Under the pieces are notes generated by a model that was not told where the DNA came from, ran no database searches, and saw nothing but the letters and a program-made list of their open reading frames with translations. DNA of 64,000 bases, from positions 64,001-128,000 of IMG/VR virus record IMGVR_UViG_3300031772_000003. One strand, written 5' to 3'. This document shows, piece after piece, positions 10,044 to 19,740 of this stretch. Numbering within the stretch: position 1 is the stretch's first letter; each line of letters opens with the position of its first letter. The DNA is from a virus. The translations under genes were made by a program, and so were the position numbers.

Positions 10044-10303
10044 TTCTCTTCCTTTAATGGGCCTCCCGCCTTCTTGCGCTTCGCGGTGGGACCATATCTC
10101 AGTAGGATGTCGAGTTGGGTAGCCAGGTACTCCCGAGTATCGTATACCGCGGACCAGCAATTGGTACGGCTCAGGGCCTTGCAGGCTCGGCGGGCCGCCA
10201 GTAACGTTTCCCTGTTGGAAGAGTACAGTGCTCCACCGGCAGCTTCCATCGCCTTATCTAGCAAACAACAGCCGCGACGCCAACCTCGGGGTTTTCTCAT
10301 CAT
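10040..10303 (-). CDS. Hypothetical protein
   Basis: Coupled ORF. Confidence 0.4.
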   Translation of the reverse strand: MMRKPRGWRRGCCLLDKAMEAAGGALYSSNRETLLAARRACKALSRTNCWSAVYDTREYLATQLDILLRYGPTAKRKKAGGPLKEEK

Positions 10304-10611
10304 GCTTTCTCCTTCCTTGCGGCCTCGTTCAGGGGCCGCCGGGCACGGTTGCCTTTGCCGCAACGGCGTTCAGATGGCGGGCCTACCTTTCTCCGCCCAT
10401 CCCGCAACTCCTCCGTGACTTCGAGGCAGCGGCGGATGTGTGCTTCAAGCGGCTCAGGGTCCCCACGCAGGCTCGCCATGAGGGCTCGGACCGCATTTTG
10501 GGCCCAGTGGTGGCCGTTGCACATCACGCCCGCCCCACATTCAATCACGGTCTCGGTGAGGGGGCAGATGATCGCGTAAGCCGCGTTCTCCACGTCATTT
10601 TCGTCCAACAC
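10300..10611 (-). CDS. Hypothetical protein
   Basis: AAGGAG RBS. Confidence 0.45.
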   Translation of the reverse strand: MLDENDVENAAYAIICPLTETVIECGAGVMCNGHHWAQNAVRALMASLRGDPEPLEAHIRRCLEVTEELRDGRRKVGPPSERRCGKGNRARRPLNEAARKEKA

Positions 10612-10614
10612 GCT

Positions 10615-11307
10615 TCACTCCTTCTCAGTCTCCCTCAGCAACAGTCGAAACGGCCGGCTCCCCGGCTCCACGGCGATGCGCCCCAAGACCCCTCTGCCCA
10701 AGTACTTAGCAACGCATACCCTAGCCGTGGCCCCGCTCCTCCAATGATAGTCGATCCCGGCGAGAAGCTCCTTGATGGTACAGAGGGGGTGGGCCGCCAC
10801 GAACGCCTCCGCGGCCTCGCATGTGGCCCGGAAGTCGGTATAGAACCGGTACTTCGAGCCCGCCACGCCCATGCGCTGGTGATCGAGGCCACAGCACTCC
10901 AAGAGTCTCGTTGGCTTCTTCCTCATGAAACGGGCCTTATAGTCAATCTCCACGTCGCCGGCCTTGCCTACCCGCAGCACCCCGATGCCCTCATTCTGCA
11001 AGCACCGGTGCGCCACCGGCCCGATTCGGCTCCCCATCTTCTTGAAGCCCCTGCGGCGCACCTCGGGTATGGCGATGCTGATCCAGTTGGCCTCGTATGC
11101 CCAGTACATCGCCTGCTCCAGCACCGCGAAGCCGAAGGTGGTTTTGCAGGCAATGACCCACGCCACGCCGATGCTGCGGCGCAGCGCCACGAGATCAGCC
11201 CGTGGACACGAGCGGGCCAGTTGGACCTCGGGGTACACCTCCCATCCATCCGCAACGAGCCATGCGGAGACGGCAGCAGCCAACTTCTCCTCCGGCGCGT
11301 TAGGCAC
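10615..11307 (-). CDS. PD-(D/E)xK nuclease-like protein (MmcB-like)
   Basis: GWEVYPEV...RADLVA....IACK....VLEQA...GIGVL; the usual ExK appears as ACK. Confidence 0.6.
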   Translation of the reverse strand: MPNAPEEKLAAAVSAWLVADGWEVYPEVQLARSCPRADLVALRRSIGVAWVIACKTTFGFAVLEQAMYWAYEANWISIAIPEVRRRGFKKMGSRIGPVAHRCLQNEGIGVLRVGKAGDVEIDYKARFMRKKPTRLLECCGLDHQRMGVAGSKYRFYTDFRATCEAAEAFVAAHPLCTIKELLAGIDYHWRSGATARVCVAKYLGRGVLGRIAVEPGSRPFRLLLRETEKE

Positions 11308-11884
11308 CCGCCAGTCTCCGAAAGAGCACCAGGCACCGGAACCTATGGTTGGTGCTGCGGACCACGCCAATCACGCCGTCGAGAGCCCACTGCTTCTTCG
11401 AGTACATGGGCAGGACCTGATCGAACCACGCAACGCAGCCCCCGAGCTTTACAACTTTCCAACATTCTTGTAAAACATGATTGCGGTTCACCACCCGCGT
11501 CCCATAGTGATCCGCATCCTCAACGGAGTATGGTGGGTCAGCAATGATGAGGTCAAAGGAGTAACCAGCCCACTGAGGACACAACGAGAGGTGGTGGGCA
11601 TCGCACCTCACGTCACAGTCCGCGTCCTCACGAATGTCCACCCTCACGTAGTCCCCGGGGGCCAAGGAGCCACTAAAGAGGTGCATCACGTCTTTGGCAT
11701 CGGGGAATAGGGCCATGACACGCTTCACGAAGCCGGGGGGAAACGAGCCGTAGAGTCCGCTGCCCCTGTAGTCGTTGCCAAGCAGCCAGATGCCGTAGAT
11801 GCGGCCCTGCTGCACCACAGGTGGGGGCCACTTGGGGAACGCTGCGGCATAGGCATCAACTCGGTCTTGGAGGCTGAGGGCCAT
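11300..11884 (-). CDS. Small amino-type DNA methyltransferase
   Basis: YGSFP, HLFSG, VRVDI, DLIIADPPY. Confidence 0.75.
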   Translation of the reverse strand: MALSLQDRVDAYAAAFPKWPPPVVQQGRIYGIWLLGNDYRGSGLYGSFPPGFVKRVMALFPDAKDVMHLFSGSLAPGDYVRVDIREDADCDVRCDAHHLSLCPQWAGYSFDLIIADPPYSVEDADHYGTRVVNRNHVLQECWKVVKLGGCVAWFDQVLPMYSKKQWALDGVIGVVRSTNHRFRCLVLFRRLAGA

Positions 11885-12662
11885 TCTGTAGGTCCAGTAG
11901 GGTCCGCGTTACCCGCTCACATGCGAGCGCGAAATAGTCCTGTCTGATCTCGATGCCAATAGCTTTGCGGCCCACCCGTATTGCCGCCTCCATAGCCGTC
12001 CCGGAGCCCATCATCGGATCAAGTACCGTGTCGCCTGGGTTGGAGCTATGCAGGATCGCCCGGGTCGCCAAGGCCATTGGCATCTGCGCGGGGTGAGCCT
12101 TCCGCTTCGTGCCCGGTGCCAGGACCGCCTCCTTCGAGGCCATGCAGCCGCCGCTCACGAACGGGATGTCGTCCCAGATGTCCTTGATGCTGCACCCTTT
12201 GTTAGTCCGCCCCCATGGCAGCGCCGCCTTAGAGACGCGGCGCTGCACCCCATGGTTGAAAATGTAGCTGTGGGGGTCCATGACGTAGTAAAGGATAGGT
12301 TGGTAGCCGAGGCAATATCGAGTCCTGGCCGGCATCGAGGAGTTGAACCAAACGATCAGGTTCCGGAACGCCGCGTAGGTGCCGAGGATCGCCATCATGT
12401 CCCCAACCCGCTCCTGCCGCGTCATCACGTAGATCGACCCGTTGAACGTGACTCGGCTACAGATGTGGCTGAGACAATGCCCAATCCACGCCACGTAAGC
12501 CTCCGGGGCCATCTCATCCTCGTAATCCTTGCCGAGATTGAATGGGGGGTCCACGAAGGCGAGATGGACGCTGCGGGCAGGCAGCTGGGGGAGGACCTCG
12601 CAGCAATCCCTTTTATACAGCGCTACGGAACCATTGGGTGAAGTCCAGTCAGGACTGAGCAT
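11856..12662 (-). CDS. DNA methyltransferase, N6A/N4C beta class
   Basis: FVDPPFN, HPAQMP, VLDPMMGSGT. Confidence 0.9.
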   Translation of the reverse strand: MLSPDWTSPNGSVALYKRDCCEVLPQLPARSVHLAFVDPPFNLGKDYEDEMAPEAYVAWIGHCLSHICSRVTFNGSIYVMTRQERVGDMMAILGTYAAFRNLIVWFNSSMPARTRYCLGYQPILYYVMDPHSYIFNHGVQRRVSKAALPWGRTNKGCSIKDIWDDIPFVSGGCMASKEAVLAPGTKRKAHPAQMPMALATRAILHSSNPGDTVLDPMMGSGTAMEAAIRVGRKAIGIEIRQDYFALACERVTRTLLDLQNGPQPPRPS

Positions 12663-12942
12663 TCAGGGCCTCTCGCTTCCGCCGCAGAGCCTTGAGGACC
12701 GCCGCCTTCATGTCCTGGATACAGTGCCAGCAAGACTCGCAAGCCACAAGGCCCAAAGGCCCGGGGAGGAGCCGCCAGTGGTGGGTGTGCCTGCGGCACG
12801 TCTTGACTTGGCAGACCCGAAATGTAGGTTGCTGGGGCAGCCGATGGCCTTTCCAAGGCCCCTCCCCATTGGGGAGATAGAAGGGGCCCTGCCGCCCCCT
12901 GAGATCGGGCTCCCGTGCGTCAACATCATCTTCAGCCATCAT
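12649..12942 (-). CDS. Zinc-finger hypothetical protein
   Basis: CQVKTC...CESC; coupled ORF. Confidence 0.45.
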   Translation of the reverse strand: MMAEDDVDAREPDLRGRQGPFYLPNGEGPWKGHRLPQQPTFRVCQVKTCRRHTHHWRLLPGPLGLVACESCWHCIQDMKAAVLKALRRKREALNAQS

Positions 12943-13375
12943 CTACTGTCCCGTTGCTGATGAAGACCTGACTCTGCGTTAGGACCGAGTTGATGAGCCT
13001 CCGCATCTCATCCGAGCCGAGGAGTGGCCGCAGGGCCTCAATGAACTCCCCCTCGGTGCTGATGTTAATTTGCGCAGCCTTCCTGGGGTAGCGCGGGGTG
13101 AGGATCAGCGGGTACATCATAACCCCGTGCCTGATGGATAGCAACGGTATCCCAAGGTGGTCCAAGCAGGGAGCTACGAGGTCGAGCGTGTAAATAAAGT
13201 CGGGCTCTGCATCGCTAAGCCGTGGTGGATCAGGCTCTCCCCGATGCACCCGTGCCAGCACGACGTTGCGCATGCGCCGGCCCAGTTCAGCCGCCACTAA
13301 CTGAAGGACCGCGGCGGGGGTACGCTGCTTCACACAGCCAAAAACAGGAGGCCAGAGGTCTAAGACACACATCAC
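12932..13375 (-). CDS. Hypothetical protein
   Basis: GAGGA RBS; Y...LVAP.L......LL.I.HG...YP pattern. Confidence 0.5.
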   Translation of the reverse strand: MMCVLDLWPPVFGCVKQRTPAAVLQLVAAELGRRMRNVVLARVHRGEPDPPRLSDAEPDFIYTLDLVAPCLDHLGIPLLSIRHGVMMYPLILTPRYPRKAAQINISTEGEFIEALRPLLGSDEMRRLINSVLTQSQVFISNGTVDDG

Positions 13376-13384
13376 ACATCTCCT

Positions 13385-14689
13385 CTACGTTTGGATGTCT
13401 TTCAGCTTCTCTACCTCCGCGAGGCCGTGGGAAGCGACCCAGCCCAAGACCTTGCGGAACGCCTCGACGTAGCACCCAATGAGATCAGTCGTGTTGGGAG
13501 GATGCACGCCGCCAATGTAGCTGTGTCGGGCAATGAACTCCGTCGCCACTGGATAATCCTCACCGCGATAGTCGATCCGGCGGCCCCAGGGGCAGGTCCA
13601 CGGGCAGCCCCGGCCATACCCAGCCCGTTGCTGAAACACGTCCTGAGCCGGGACGGGACGGGTCTGCCACTGGCCCAGTGGCACCCCCTCGGCTCGCAGG
13701 GCCTTGACCACGGCGGCCTTGAAGGTGCCGGTGTAGTTGGCGGGGATACCGATGTCCTCGGGCCTCCACGCCACGACGTAGTTGTAGAAGACCTCATGCC
13801 TGCCGTACCGGGGCATAGGGGTAGCGACGCCTCGGATGCCGGTGAGTCCCACCGTGAGGCCCGATGCGAGTTCACGTCTCAGCAGATTCCTCTCCTCCAG
13901 GTGCCGGAGTTGGGACCTACAGAATGCATTGGCCCACTCCGTGGAGCGGTACATCCACCCAATTCCCAGAGCGTTGTAAAGCCGTTCACTACTAGGCCGG
14001 TGGTCTTCCCCGAACTCCCGCATCCTCCGGGCCCTGTCGGCGATTTCGTCGTCGTCGGTCGTAACAAGCCCTCCCTCGGCACTTGAGAGGTTCTTGGAGC
14101 GGTTGGTCGAGAAGGCAGTGGCGCGTGCCACAGAGCCCACCCTACGGCCCTTGTAGGAGGCACCATGGGCCTGGCACGCATCGGCAACGACGACAAGCCC
14201 ATGGATACGGGCGATGGGCAGGATCGCGTCGTAGTCACACGGCATCCCGTGGATGTCCACGGGGACGATGGCGCGGGTGTGGTCCGTGATGGCCGCCTCA
14301 ATGCGGGCGGGGTCCATCGTCCCATCCACGGGGTCGATGTCCACGAACACGGGTATGGCGTTCTGATGGAGGACCGCCGCGGCAGTGGCCCAGTACGTCA
14401 GGGCGGGTACGATGACCTCATCCCCTGGGCCTATGCCAGTAGCGGAGAGGGCGATGTGGATCGCGGCGGTGCCTGAATTGACGACGAGGGCATGCTTCAC
14501 GCCACAGTACTCTGCCCATTCCTTCTGGAGCGCGAGGGCATTGGGGGCGTGGGTGCCGTGCAGGATGCCGCTGTCGAATACGGCCATCACGGCGTCACGG
14601 TCTTCTTGGGTGATAGTGGGCCAAGACTGAACCGCTCCCTCGGGGATGGCTCGGGGGCCACCTAAAATAGCGAGATCGGAACTAGGCAT
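13385..14689 (-). CDS. DegT/DnrJ/EryC1/StrS PLP-dependent sugar aminotransferase
   Basis: NSGTAA, GPGDEVIVP, PVFVDID, DACQAHGA, FSTNRSKNLSSAEGG. Confidence 0.92.
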   Translation of the reverse strand: MPSSDLAILGGPRAIPEGAVQSWPTITQEDRDAVMAVFDSGILHGTHAPNALALQKEWAEYCGVKHALVVNSGTAAIHIALSATGIGPGDEVIVPALTYWATAAAVLHQNAIPVFVDIDPVDGTMDPARIEAAITDHTRAIVPVDIHGMPCDYDAILPIARIHGLVVVADACQAHGASYKGRRVGSVARATAFSTNRSKNLSSAEGGLVTTDDDEIADRARRMREFGEDHRPSSERLYNALGIGWMYRSTEWANAFCRSQLRHLEERNLLRRELASGLTVGLTGIRGVATPMPRYGRHEVFYNYVVAWRPEDIGIPANYTGTFKAAVVKALRAEGVPLGQWQTRPVPAQDVFQQRAGYGRGCPWTCPWGRRIDYRGEDYPVATEFIARHSYIGGVHPPNTTDLIGCYVEAFRKVLGWVASHGLAEVEKLKDIQT

Positions 14690-14713
14690 TGGGAGCCTCC
14701 TTCCAATCCGATT

Positions 14714-14983
14714 CTACTTGGCCCCCACCTTCCCCTTCTGAGATTTGCTCCGCTTCTCCCTGTAGGTCGGAACCTTACACTCGCGGTCCGCCATATTGCG
14801 GCGCGGTGCCCAGACACACTCCAGAACCCCCGCCCCGACAGCGGCGCGGACCCGCTGCCTCATCGCCTCATGGGCTGTATCTGCTGCTCGCGAAAGTTCC
14901 ACGACGGTAAACCCCCCGGAATCAGCCTGCGGCTTCCGAGCCTTCTCCAAGGTCCGCAGCAGCGTCAACACATCCATTGCCAT
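14714..14983 (-). CDS. Small winged-helix-like protein
   Basis: GFTVVEL...VRAAV.AG.LE...VPTY. Confidence 0.45.
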   Translation of the reverse strand: MAMDVLTLLRTLEKARKPQADSGGFTVVELSRAADTAHEAMRQRVRAAVGAGVLECVWAPRRNMADRECKVPTYREKRSKSQKGKVGAK

Positions 14984-15011
14984 TTCGCTATCTCCTCGGT
15001 TCTATCCTCCC

Positions 15012-16145
15012 CTATCCCATAGTCGCCGGCACGATGTCATCAGGCACGGCCCCAAAACCGTGCGGCACCTCAGTCGCGCCCTTGAGGCTCAGCGGCAGCG
15101 TCCACGAGTAGGCCCGACGCTCCGATGTGAGATAGAGCCACTGCTTCGGTTCCGCGAAGGCCCCCATCTCGTCCATCGCCCACGGCCCCGTGGGGCACAT
15201 CGCGCCGTTGATAAACATCAGGTCTTCGAGCAGGTTGGATTGGTGGAAATGGCCGAACTCAATAATCGCCAACCCCTCCTTCTCACGGGCTGCCTTCACC
15301 TGCCTGCTGAGATTCCGCAGGATGTCGCGCGAGAGCCCGTAGATGGGGAGGCCCGCAATGGAGTTGCCGCCCCTCACATGGTCGCCATGTGCCAGCAAGA
15401 CCTTGTGGCCCAGCCGCCTGAACGTGTAGAGCCTGCTGCCCGGAATCGTGATGCCAACGCGCCCGGGGGAGAGGCCACGCACGCCCAGAAGCGAAGCGAG
15501 CCAGCAGTAGATCAGCGTGTCGAGGTTCTCCTCGACGTGGCGCTTCGATTGCGGCTTGTCGTGGAGCCGCCCGTGGTTCCCTGCGACGCACTTGATCTCG
15601 ATGTGCTCGAAGTGTTCGAGCAGCAACAACACTGCTTGGTAAAGGACCCATGAGGTCTGGGCCACCGCGGGAACCGTGGCGAACTCATTGGTGACCTCAT
15701 CATCGAGACGCAACTTACCGTGGGTAATGTCACCCATCAAATCGAGGTGCAGGGTAGAGAGGCCGTAGAGGGGGCGCAGTTCCTCGATCTTGCGGATCAC
15801 GTCGCGGCAGAGGACCCAAAGGGACGAGCAGAACCGGCCGAAATCATACTGGGTCAGTCCATCGGTCTGAGCCTGGGTCCACCGCTCATTGGCGTGGCAG
15901 TCCCCCAGGAGCAGCACCGCATCCATCCGCTCCAGCTTCGGCGTCCCAGAGGCACGCAACTTCCGCGGCATCGGTAGGGTCGGGGCCGCCGCAGCAAACT
16001 CCTGGGCCAGTCTCTTCCAGTCCCCTGACTGCCCCGAGAGCGTTGCGTTCTCACGCCGAAGCCGGCGCACCTCGGCAGCCAGGGCCGCCTGCCCCGAGGC
16101 ATCCGCAACCGCGGCGATACGGCGGGCTTCATTATTCTTGGGCAT
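15012..16145 (-). CDS. Calcineurin-like metallophosphoesterase
   Basis: GDCH, GDI, GNHG, HGD, GHFH motifs. Confidence 0.85.
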   Translation of the reverse strand: MPKNNEARRIAAVADASGQAALAAEVRRLRRENATLSGQSGDWKRLAQEFAAAAPTLPMPRKLRASGTPKLERMDAVLLLGDCHANERWTQAQTDGLTQYDFGRFCSSLWVLCRDVIRKIEELRPLYGLSTLHLDLMGDITHGKLRLDDEVTNEFATVPAVAQTSWVLYQAVLLLLEHFEHIEIKCVAGNHGRLHDKPQSKRHVEENLDTLIYCWLASLLGVRGLSPGRVGITIPGSRLYTFRRLGHKVLLAHGDHVRGGNSIAGLPIYGLSRDILRNLSRQVKAAREKEGLAIIEFGHFHQSNLLEDLMFINGAMCPTGPWAMDEMGAFAEPKQWLYLTSERRAYSWTLPLSLKGATEVPHGFGAVPDDIVPATMG

Positions 16146-16422
16146 CAATTCTTCTCCTGGGCGTTCCCGCCCGCGCTCCCAATCCCCCACCAACCGAAAA
16201 AAGGACCACAGGCAACCAGTGTCCATGTGCGAGCGCCGCTGCGGCGTAGGCAAACACCAGGAGTGCCAGTATATCCTCCACGAAGACGATGAGGCCACAG
16301 AGGTTCCGCTGGCCCCGCATGAGAGCCTGTATGCGGTGCATAGAGAGCCACCAGCCGACGAAGCCAACCGCGGGCAGGCTGATTAGTACCAGGAGGCTGG
16401 GAAGATTCATTGGCGGCCTCAC
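16132..16422 (-). CDS. Small membrane protein
   Basis: Three hydrophobic segments ending in GGGLG. Confidence 0.55.
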   Translation of the reverse strand: MRPPMNLPSLLVLISLPAVGFVGWWLSMHRIQALMRGQRNLCGLIVFVEDILALLVFAYAAAALAHGHWLPVVLFSVGGGLGARAGTPRRRIDAQE

Positions 16423-16425
16423 ACA

Positions 16426-16659
16426 TCAAAGGGCTTCTACTAGAGGAGGCTGCTCCGAGAACCAGGGGCAGCGGGTCACCATCAACGCAAGCTCATTGTT
16501 CTTGCAGACCTCCAGAAGATTAGCGGCGATCCTACACTCCTGGGGGCATCGTGAGCAGTTGAGGCACAAGCATTGGTGCCGGCGCAGCATCTCCATCGGC
16601 ACATTGGTCCAGACCTCCACGCCTTGATGCTCCTGCTTCTCAAGCCTCAAATGGCCCAC
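16426..16659 (-). CDS. Cys-rich hypothetical protein
   Basis: CLCLNC..C...C.IA...C...VTRCP. Confidence 0.55.
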   Translation of the reverse strand: MGHLRLEKQEHQGVEVWTNVPMEMLRRHQCLCLNCSRCPQECRIAANLLEVCKNNELALMVTRCPWFSEQPPLVEAL

Positions 16660-16670
16660 AAGCCATTCTC

Positions 16671-17054
16671 CTAGCCCTGTGGCAGGTAGAAGAACTGGAA
16701 CCCCCCGTCACTCAACGCCGTGAGCCGCTCGATCACGAGGGGGCCTTCATCATCATACCAATCCGCAGTGAGCGCTGCGACGGCTTGGATCTGCTGCTGA
16801 GACAGCACAGGGAAATGGTGCTGATTGAAGTCCCAGGGGCCAACACCGAGGGCCCTCGCCAAGTCCTTGGACTGTGCCGTGGTGACGCAGAAGACACAGC
16901 AGGCAAAAACGAGCGTACCGGGTTTGGTTTCGGCGTAGTAGTTATTGGCGTACTCAAGGTAGTTCTTCACGGCGGGGCTATAGGGGCCGAAGGCAACGAG
17001 TTGAGCATCCATACCCATCAGCCACGTCCTTAAGAAGCCTCGGGTCTGCTGCAT
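16671..17054 (-). CDS. Hypothetical protein
   Basis: MGMDA...S..LA.ALG..PWDFNQH pattern. Confidence 0.55.
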   Translation of the reverse strand: MQQTRGFLRTWLMGMDAQLVAFGPYSPAVKNYLEYANNYYAETKPGTLVFACCVFCVTTAQSKDLARALGVGPWDFNQHHFPVLSQQQIQAVAALTADWYDDEGPLVIERLTALSDGGFQFFYLPQG

Positions 17055-17365
17055 CGTTCTTCATGATCACACGCGATCGTGAGACGGACGTAGTTGATCG
17101 CGTCCAGATACGTGTCCCACACACCCTCATTTTGAGGCTTGCGATCATCCAAGTTCTGGAGGCGGTCGATCTTGAGGCACAAGAGGATCGCTGCCATCTG
17201 CGAGGGCCGAACAGTGGTGCGGAGCAGCGGCGAGATCATCGCGGCCATCCGCTTGAAGTTGCTGAGCTTATCGGCGGTGGCATAGTCGGCGCTCTTACGC
17301 CGCGAGAGTACCAACGCCTCCTGCTCTAACTGCGTGATGAGAGCCTCGAACTCCATCCCGGTCAT
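17030..17365 (-). CDS. Nucleotide-modification-associated domain 1 (Nmad1/DUF1599-like) protein
   Basis: K..DY....SNF...K..RL.N....E...DT..D..NY. Confidence 0.65.
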   Translation of the reverse strand: MTGMEFEALITQLEQEALVLSRRKSADYATADKLSNFKRMAAMISPLLRTTVRPSQMAAILLCLKIDRLQNLDDRKPQNEGVWDTYLDAINYVRLTIACDHEERCSRPEAS

Positions 17366-18168
17366 GCCGCCCCTCCTATCCGACCGATGCACTCACGATA
17401 GAGCCTCACGCAGTTCCCACAGTCCCGGCACAGCGGCGACTTGGGGGAGCCGCAGAGATGGATGAGCCCCGAGCGGCCCACACGATACTGAATATCAGAT
17501 GTGACCTGCAATTGCCGCTGTCCCAACAGGGACCAGTAGGAGTTGAGGATGTGGGCCTTATGCCCATACTCTACCCACAGTAACACCGGGGGGATCATCC
17601 GGGCATCGGTGTACCGCATCGCCGTGAGCAGCACAGGGACGCCTTGGGCGACGTAGTGGTCGGCTAACGCAACCAAGGTATTCATCTCCCATGAGTTGAA
17701 CCTGATCCTCACCGCCATGACGTTGGGCGGGCAGTCTACGAACAGGGGGATGCGCCCGTTGCAGGTGAACACCACGGGGCCGGGGAAATCAAAGCGCGGT
17801 ATCGAGGTGTTCCAGTAAGGCTGCCTGTAGTAGTACCTGGCCATCTCAATCAGGGTCCCGCGCGTGAACATGATGGCTTTGTCAGCGGGTAGGCCGAGGT
17901 CAGGCAGCAACCAGTGGCCCTGTGGCAGCCTGATCTTGCCGTCTTGGTTACTGTCATGGCCATCATTGATCCTGCAGATTTTTCCCTCGGCCTCCTCGGG
18001 TGAGGGGAATCGGCTGTAGCGGACCGACTCGTAGTAGCCTGGAGCGTTGAAGTAACAGCAGGGGCAAGGTGCAGCCTGCATCGGCGTACCCCCACCGGGG
18101 CATGGCCCGATCTGGGGTCTGCATGTCACGATCTCACTGCCTGCGGTCTTGGGGTTCTCTGTCAACAC
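17362..18168 (-). CDS. Radical-SAM-like Fe-S protein (atypical Cys spacing)
   Basis: GPCP-x10-CPCCYFN near the N-terminus; LCG...CRDCGNC at the C-terminus. Confidence 0.5.
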   Translation of the reverse strand: MLTENPKTAGSEIVTCRPQIGPCPGGGTPMQAAPCPCCYFNAPGYYESVRYSRFPSPEEAEGKICRINDGHDSNQDGKIRLPQGHWLLPDLGLPADKAIMFTRGTLIEMARYYYRQPYWNTSIPRFDFPGPVVFTCNGRIPLFVDCPPNVMAVRIRFNSWEMNTLVALADHYVAQGVPVLLTAMRYTDARMIPPVLLWVEYGHKAHILNSYWSLLGQRQLQVTSDIQYRVGRSGLIHLCGSPKSPLCRDCGNCVRLYRECIGRIGGAA

Positions 18169-18778
18169 TTGCCGCTCCTTTCAGGCGTGCCACAGACCCA
18201 GCGAATACTGTGGGGTCCACCTCCATCCCAATACACTGTCGCCCCGTCTCCAAGCACGCCATGGCAGTCGTTCCACCACCCAAAAACGGATCACACACTA
18301 ACTCGCCGGGCTCGGTGAGGTTGGTGATCCAATGAGCGAACCAGTAGACCGGTTGCCCCCACTTGTGGTAGCGCTTGTCTTTGCCCCCACCCAGGATGAG
18401 GTCAAACGGCGTCCGGGTGCCTTTGCGTTCGGTCTTGACAAACCACACCGCAGGCTTCCACATGACCGTAACCCACTTGCCGGGCAGCCTCTTATAGGCC
18501 GTATGGCGCATCCCCCCAACCCACCAGTATCGTAGACCTGATGCCCGCAGCACATCGAGAATATCAGGTAGAATGACGTGCCCCGTGAGGGCAACCAACG
18601 AGCGGCCTGGCTTGAGGAGCCTGTAGGCTTGGGCTGCGAACGGTGCCCATACCGGCAGGTCATCTACGCGGTAGGGTGGGTCGGTCAGGAACATGTCAAT
18701 ACTGTCGCTCGCCATCCGTTCCAGCAACGGAACGCAGTCAGAGCAGTAGAGCTTGAGGCCGCCGCGCTCCCATGACAT
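18134..18778 (-). CDS. DNA methyltransferase, N6A/N4C beta class
   Basis: FLTDPPY, HKWGQP, VCDPFLGGGTT. Confidence 0.88.
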   Translation of the reverse strand: MSWERGGLKLYCSDCVPLLERMASDSIDMFLTDPPYRVDDLPVWAPFAAQAYRLLKPGRSLVALTGHVILPDILDVLRASGLRYWWVGGMRHTAYKRLPGKWVTVMWKPAVWFVKTERKGTRTPFDLILGGGKDKRYHKWGQPVYWFAHWITNLTEPGELVCDPFLGGGTTAMACLETGRQCIGMEVDPTVFAGSVARLKGAASVDREPQDRRQ

Positions 18779-18779
18779 C

Positions 18780-19145
18780 TCAGCCAAGCCTCTGCTCCTC
18801 TCGCTCAACCTTCAACCTAGCGATAGCCGCCGCCCTGACTTCGGGGGCGACGACGGCACAGCGGCTCTTGTAGTTCTCGTGGCAGAACCAGCAGGTGAGC
18901 CCGGCGCGCCACGCCACGCCATCCAACCCTACGTCCACACCACAAAAGCGGCACACCCCGATCTGGTGGTGCCACATCCGCCTGGCGATGCGGCGGGTCA
19001 GACGATACAGGCCCAGCCACAACGAGAGTCGCCGGCGGAGGCTGTGCCCCACCCACTGGCCACGAGCATCAAACCGGGAGGGGCTGTATTTCCGCAACTC
19101 GCGCCACTTGCTCACCGCTTCCTCCTCCTTGCCCCCCGAAGCCAC
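18780..19145 (-). CDS. Hypothetical zinc-binding protein
   Basis: CRFC...CWFC. Confidence 0.4.
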   Translation of the reverse strand: MASGGKEEEAVSKWRELRKYSPSRFDARGQWVGHSLRRRLSLWLGLYRLTRRIARRMWHHQIGVCRFCGVDVGLDGVAWRAGLTCWFCHENYKSRCAVVAPEVRAAAIARLKVEREEQRLG

Positions 19146-19498
19146 TCCTCCACGGTCTTGATTTCAACGCCCTCACCAGCGTCTCGGAGGAGGCGGCCCA
19201 CCCTGACCTCTACGGCGGCCCCATGTGACTTCCGCCAGCCTTTGAGCAGTGCCATACCGTCGCACCGGCAGATCGCGGCCACGTCTCGGCGCATGATCCG
19301 GCGGAACAATCCTCTAGGAAGGCCGGGCGTGAACTCATGGAGGTGGAGGAAGACCCTATCCATCTCGGGAGGACTGATTACCCGATAGCCTGCTTTACGG
19401 AGCTCGCGGGCCGCGGCGTCGAATGCGGGGTAGCCCCACTGCCGCTGGCCCCGAATTGGCCCAGAGAGGTACAGGAGCTTGGATCTGGCTCGTTTCAC
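19112..19498 (-). CDS. DUF4406 (nucleoside 2-deoxyribosyltransferase-like) protein
   Basis: YLSGP...F..AA..LR..GY.V.SP...CD....L.GW..S.GA..E. Confidence 0.85.
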   Translation of the reverse strand: MKRARSKLLYLSGPIRGQRQWGYPAFDAAARELRKAGYRVISPPEMDRVFLHLHEFTPGLPRGLFRRIMRRDVAAICRCDGMALLKGWRKSHGAAVEVRVGRLLRDAGEGVEIKTVEEWLRGARRRKR

Positions 19499-19740
19499 TG
19501 TGGTTTCCTAATGCGTAGCCACCGTTTATGAACCCACCTGTGGTCGCAGATGAGGCAGGCAAATCCATGTCCCGTAAAGGCGGACCAAAAGGTCAGCAAT
19601 TCAAGGCTAAGTGCGCGGCCTCCACACTTAGGGCAGGGGGGCCACCAAACTTGCGGGGACCAAATATCCTTGCTCTCTATCGTAGTCACAGACACTGCCC
19701 ATCCCCAATGGATGTTCAGTTCCACCAGAGACCGTATCAC
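19495..19740 (-). CDS. Zinc-ribbon protein
   Basis: CPKC...CLIC. Confidence 0.4.
   Translation of the reverse strand: MIRSLVELNIHWGWAVSVTTIESKDIWSPQVWWPPCPKCGGRALSLELLTFWSAFTGHGFACLICDHRWVHKRWLRIRKPQ

Noticed and set aside
10615-12662. Type II restriction-modification system
   Set aside because: The nuclease-like ORF lacks the ExK Glu and resembles MmcB-like phage proteins; the pairing is unsupported
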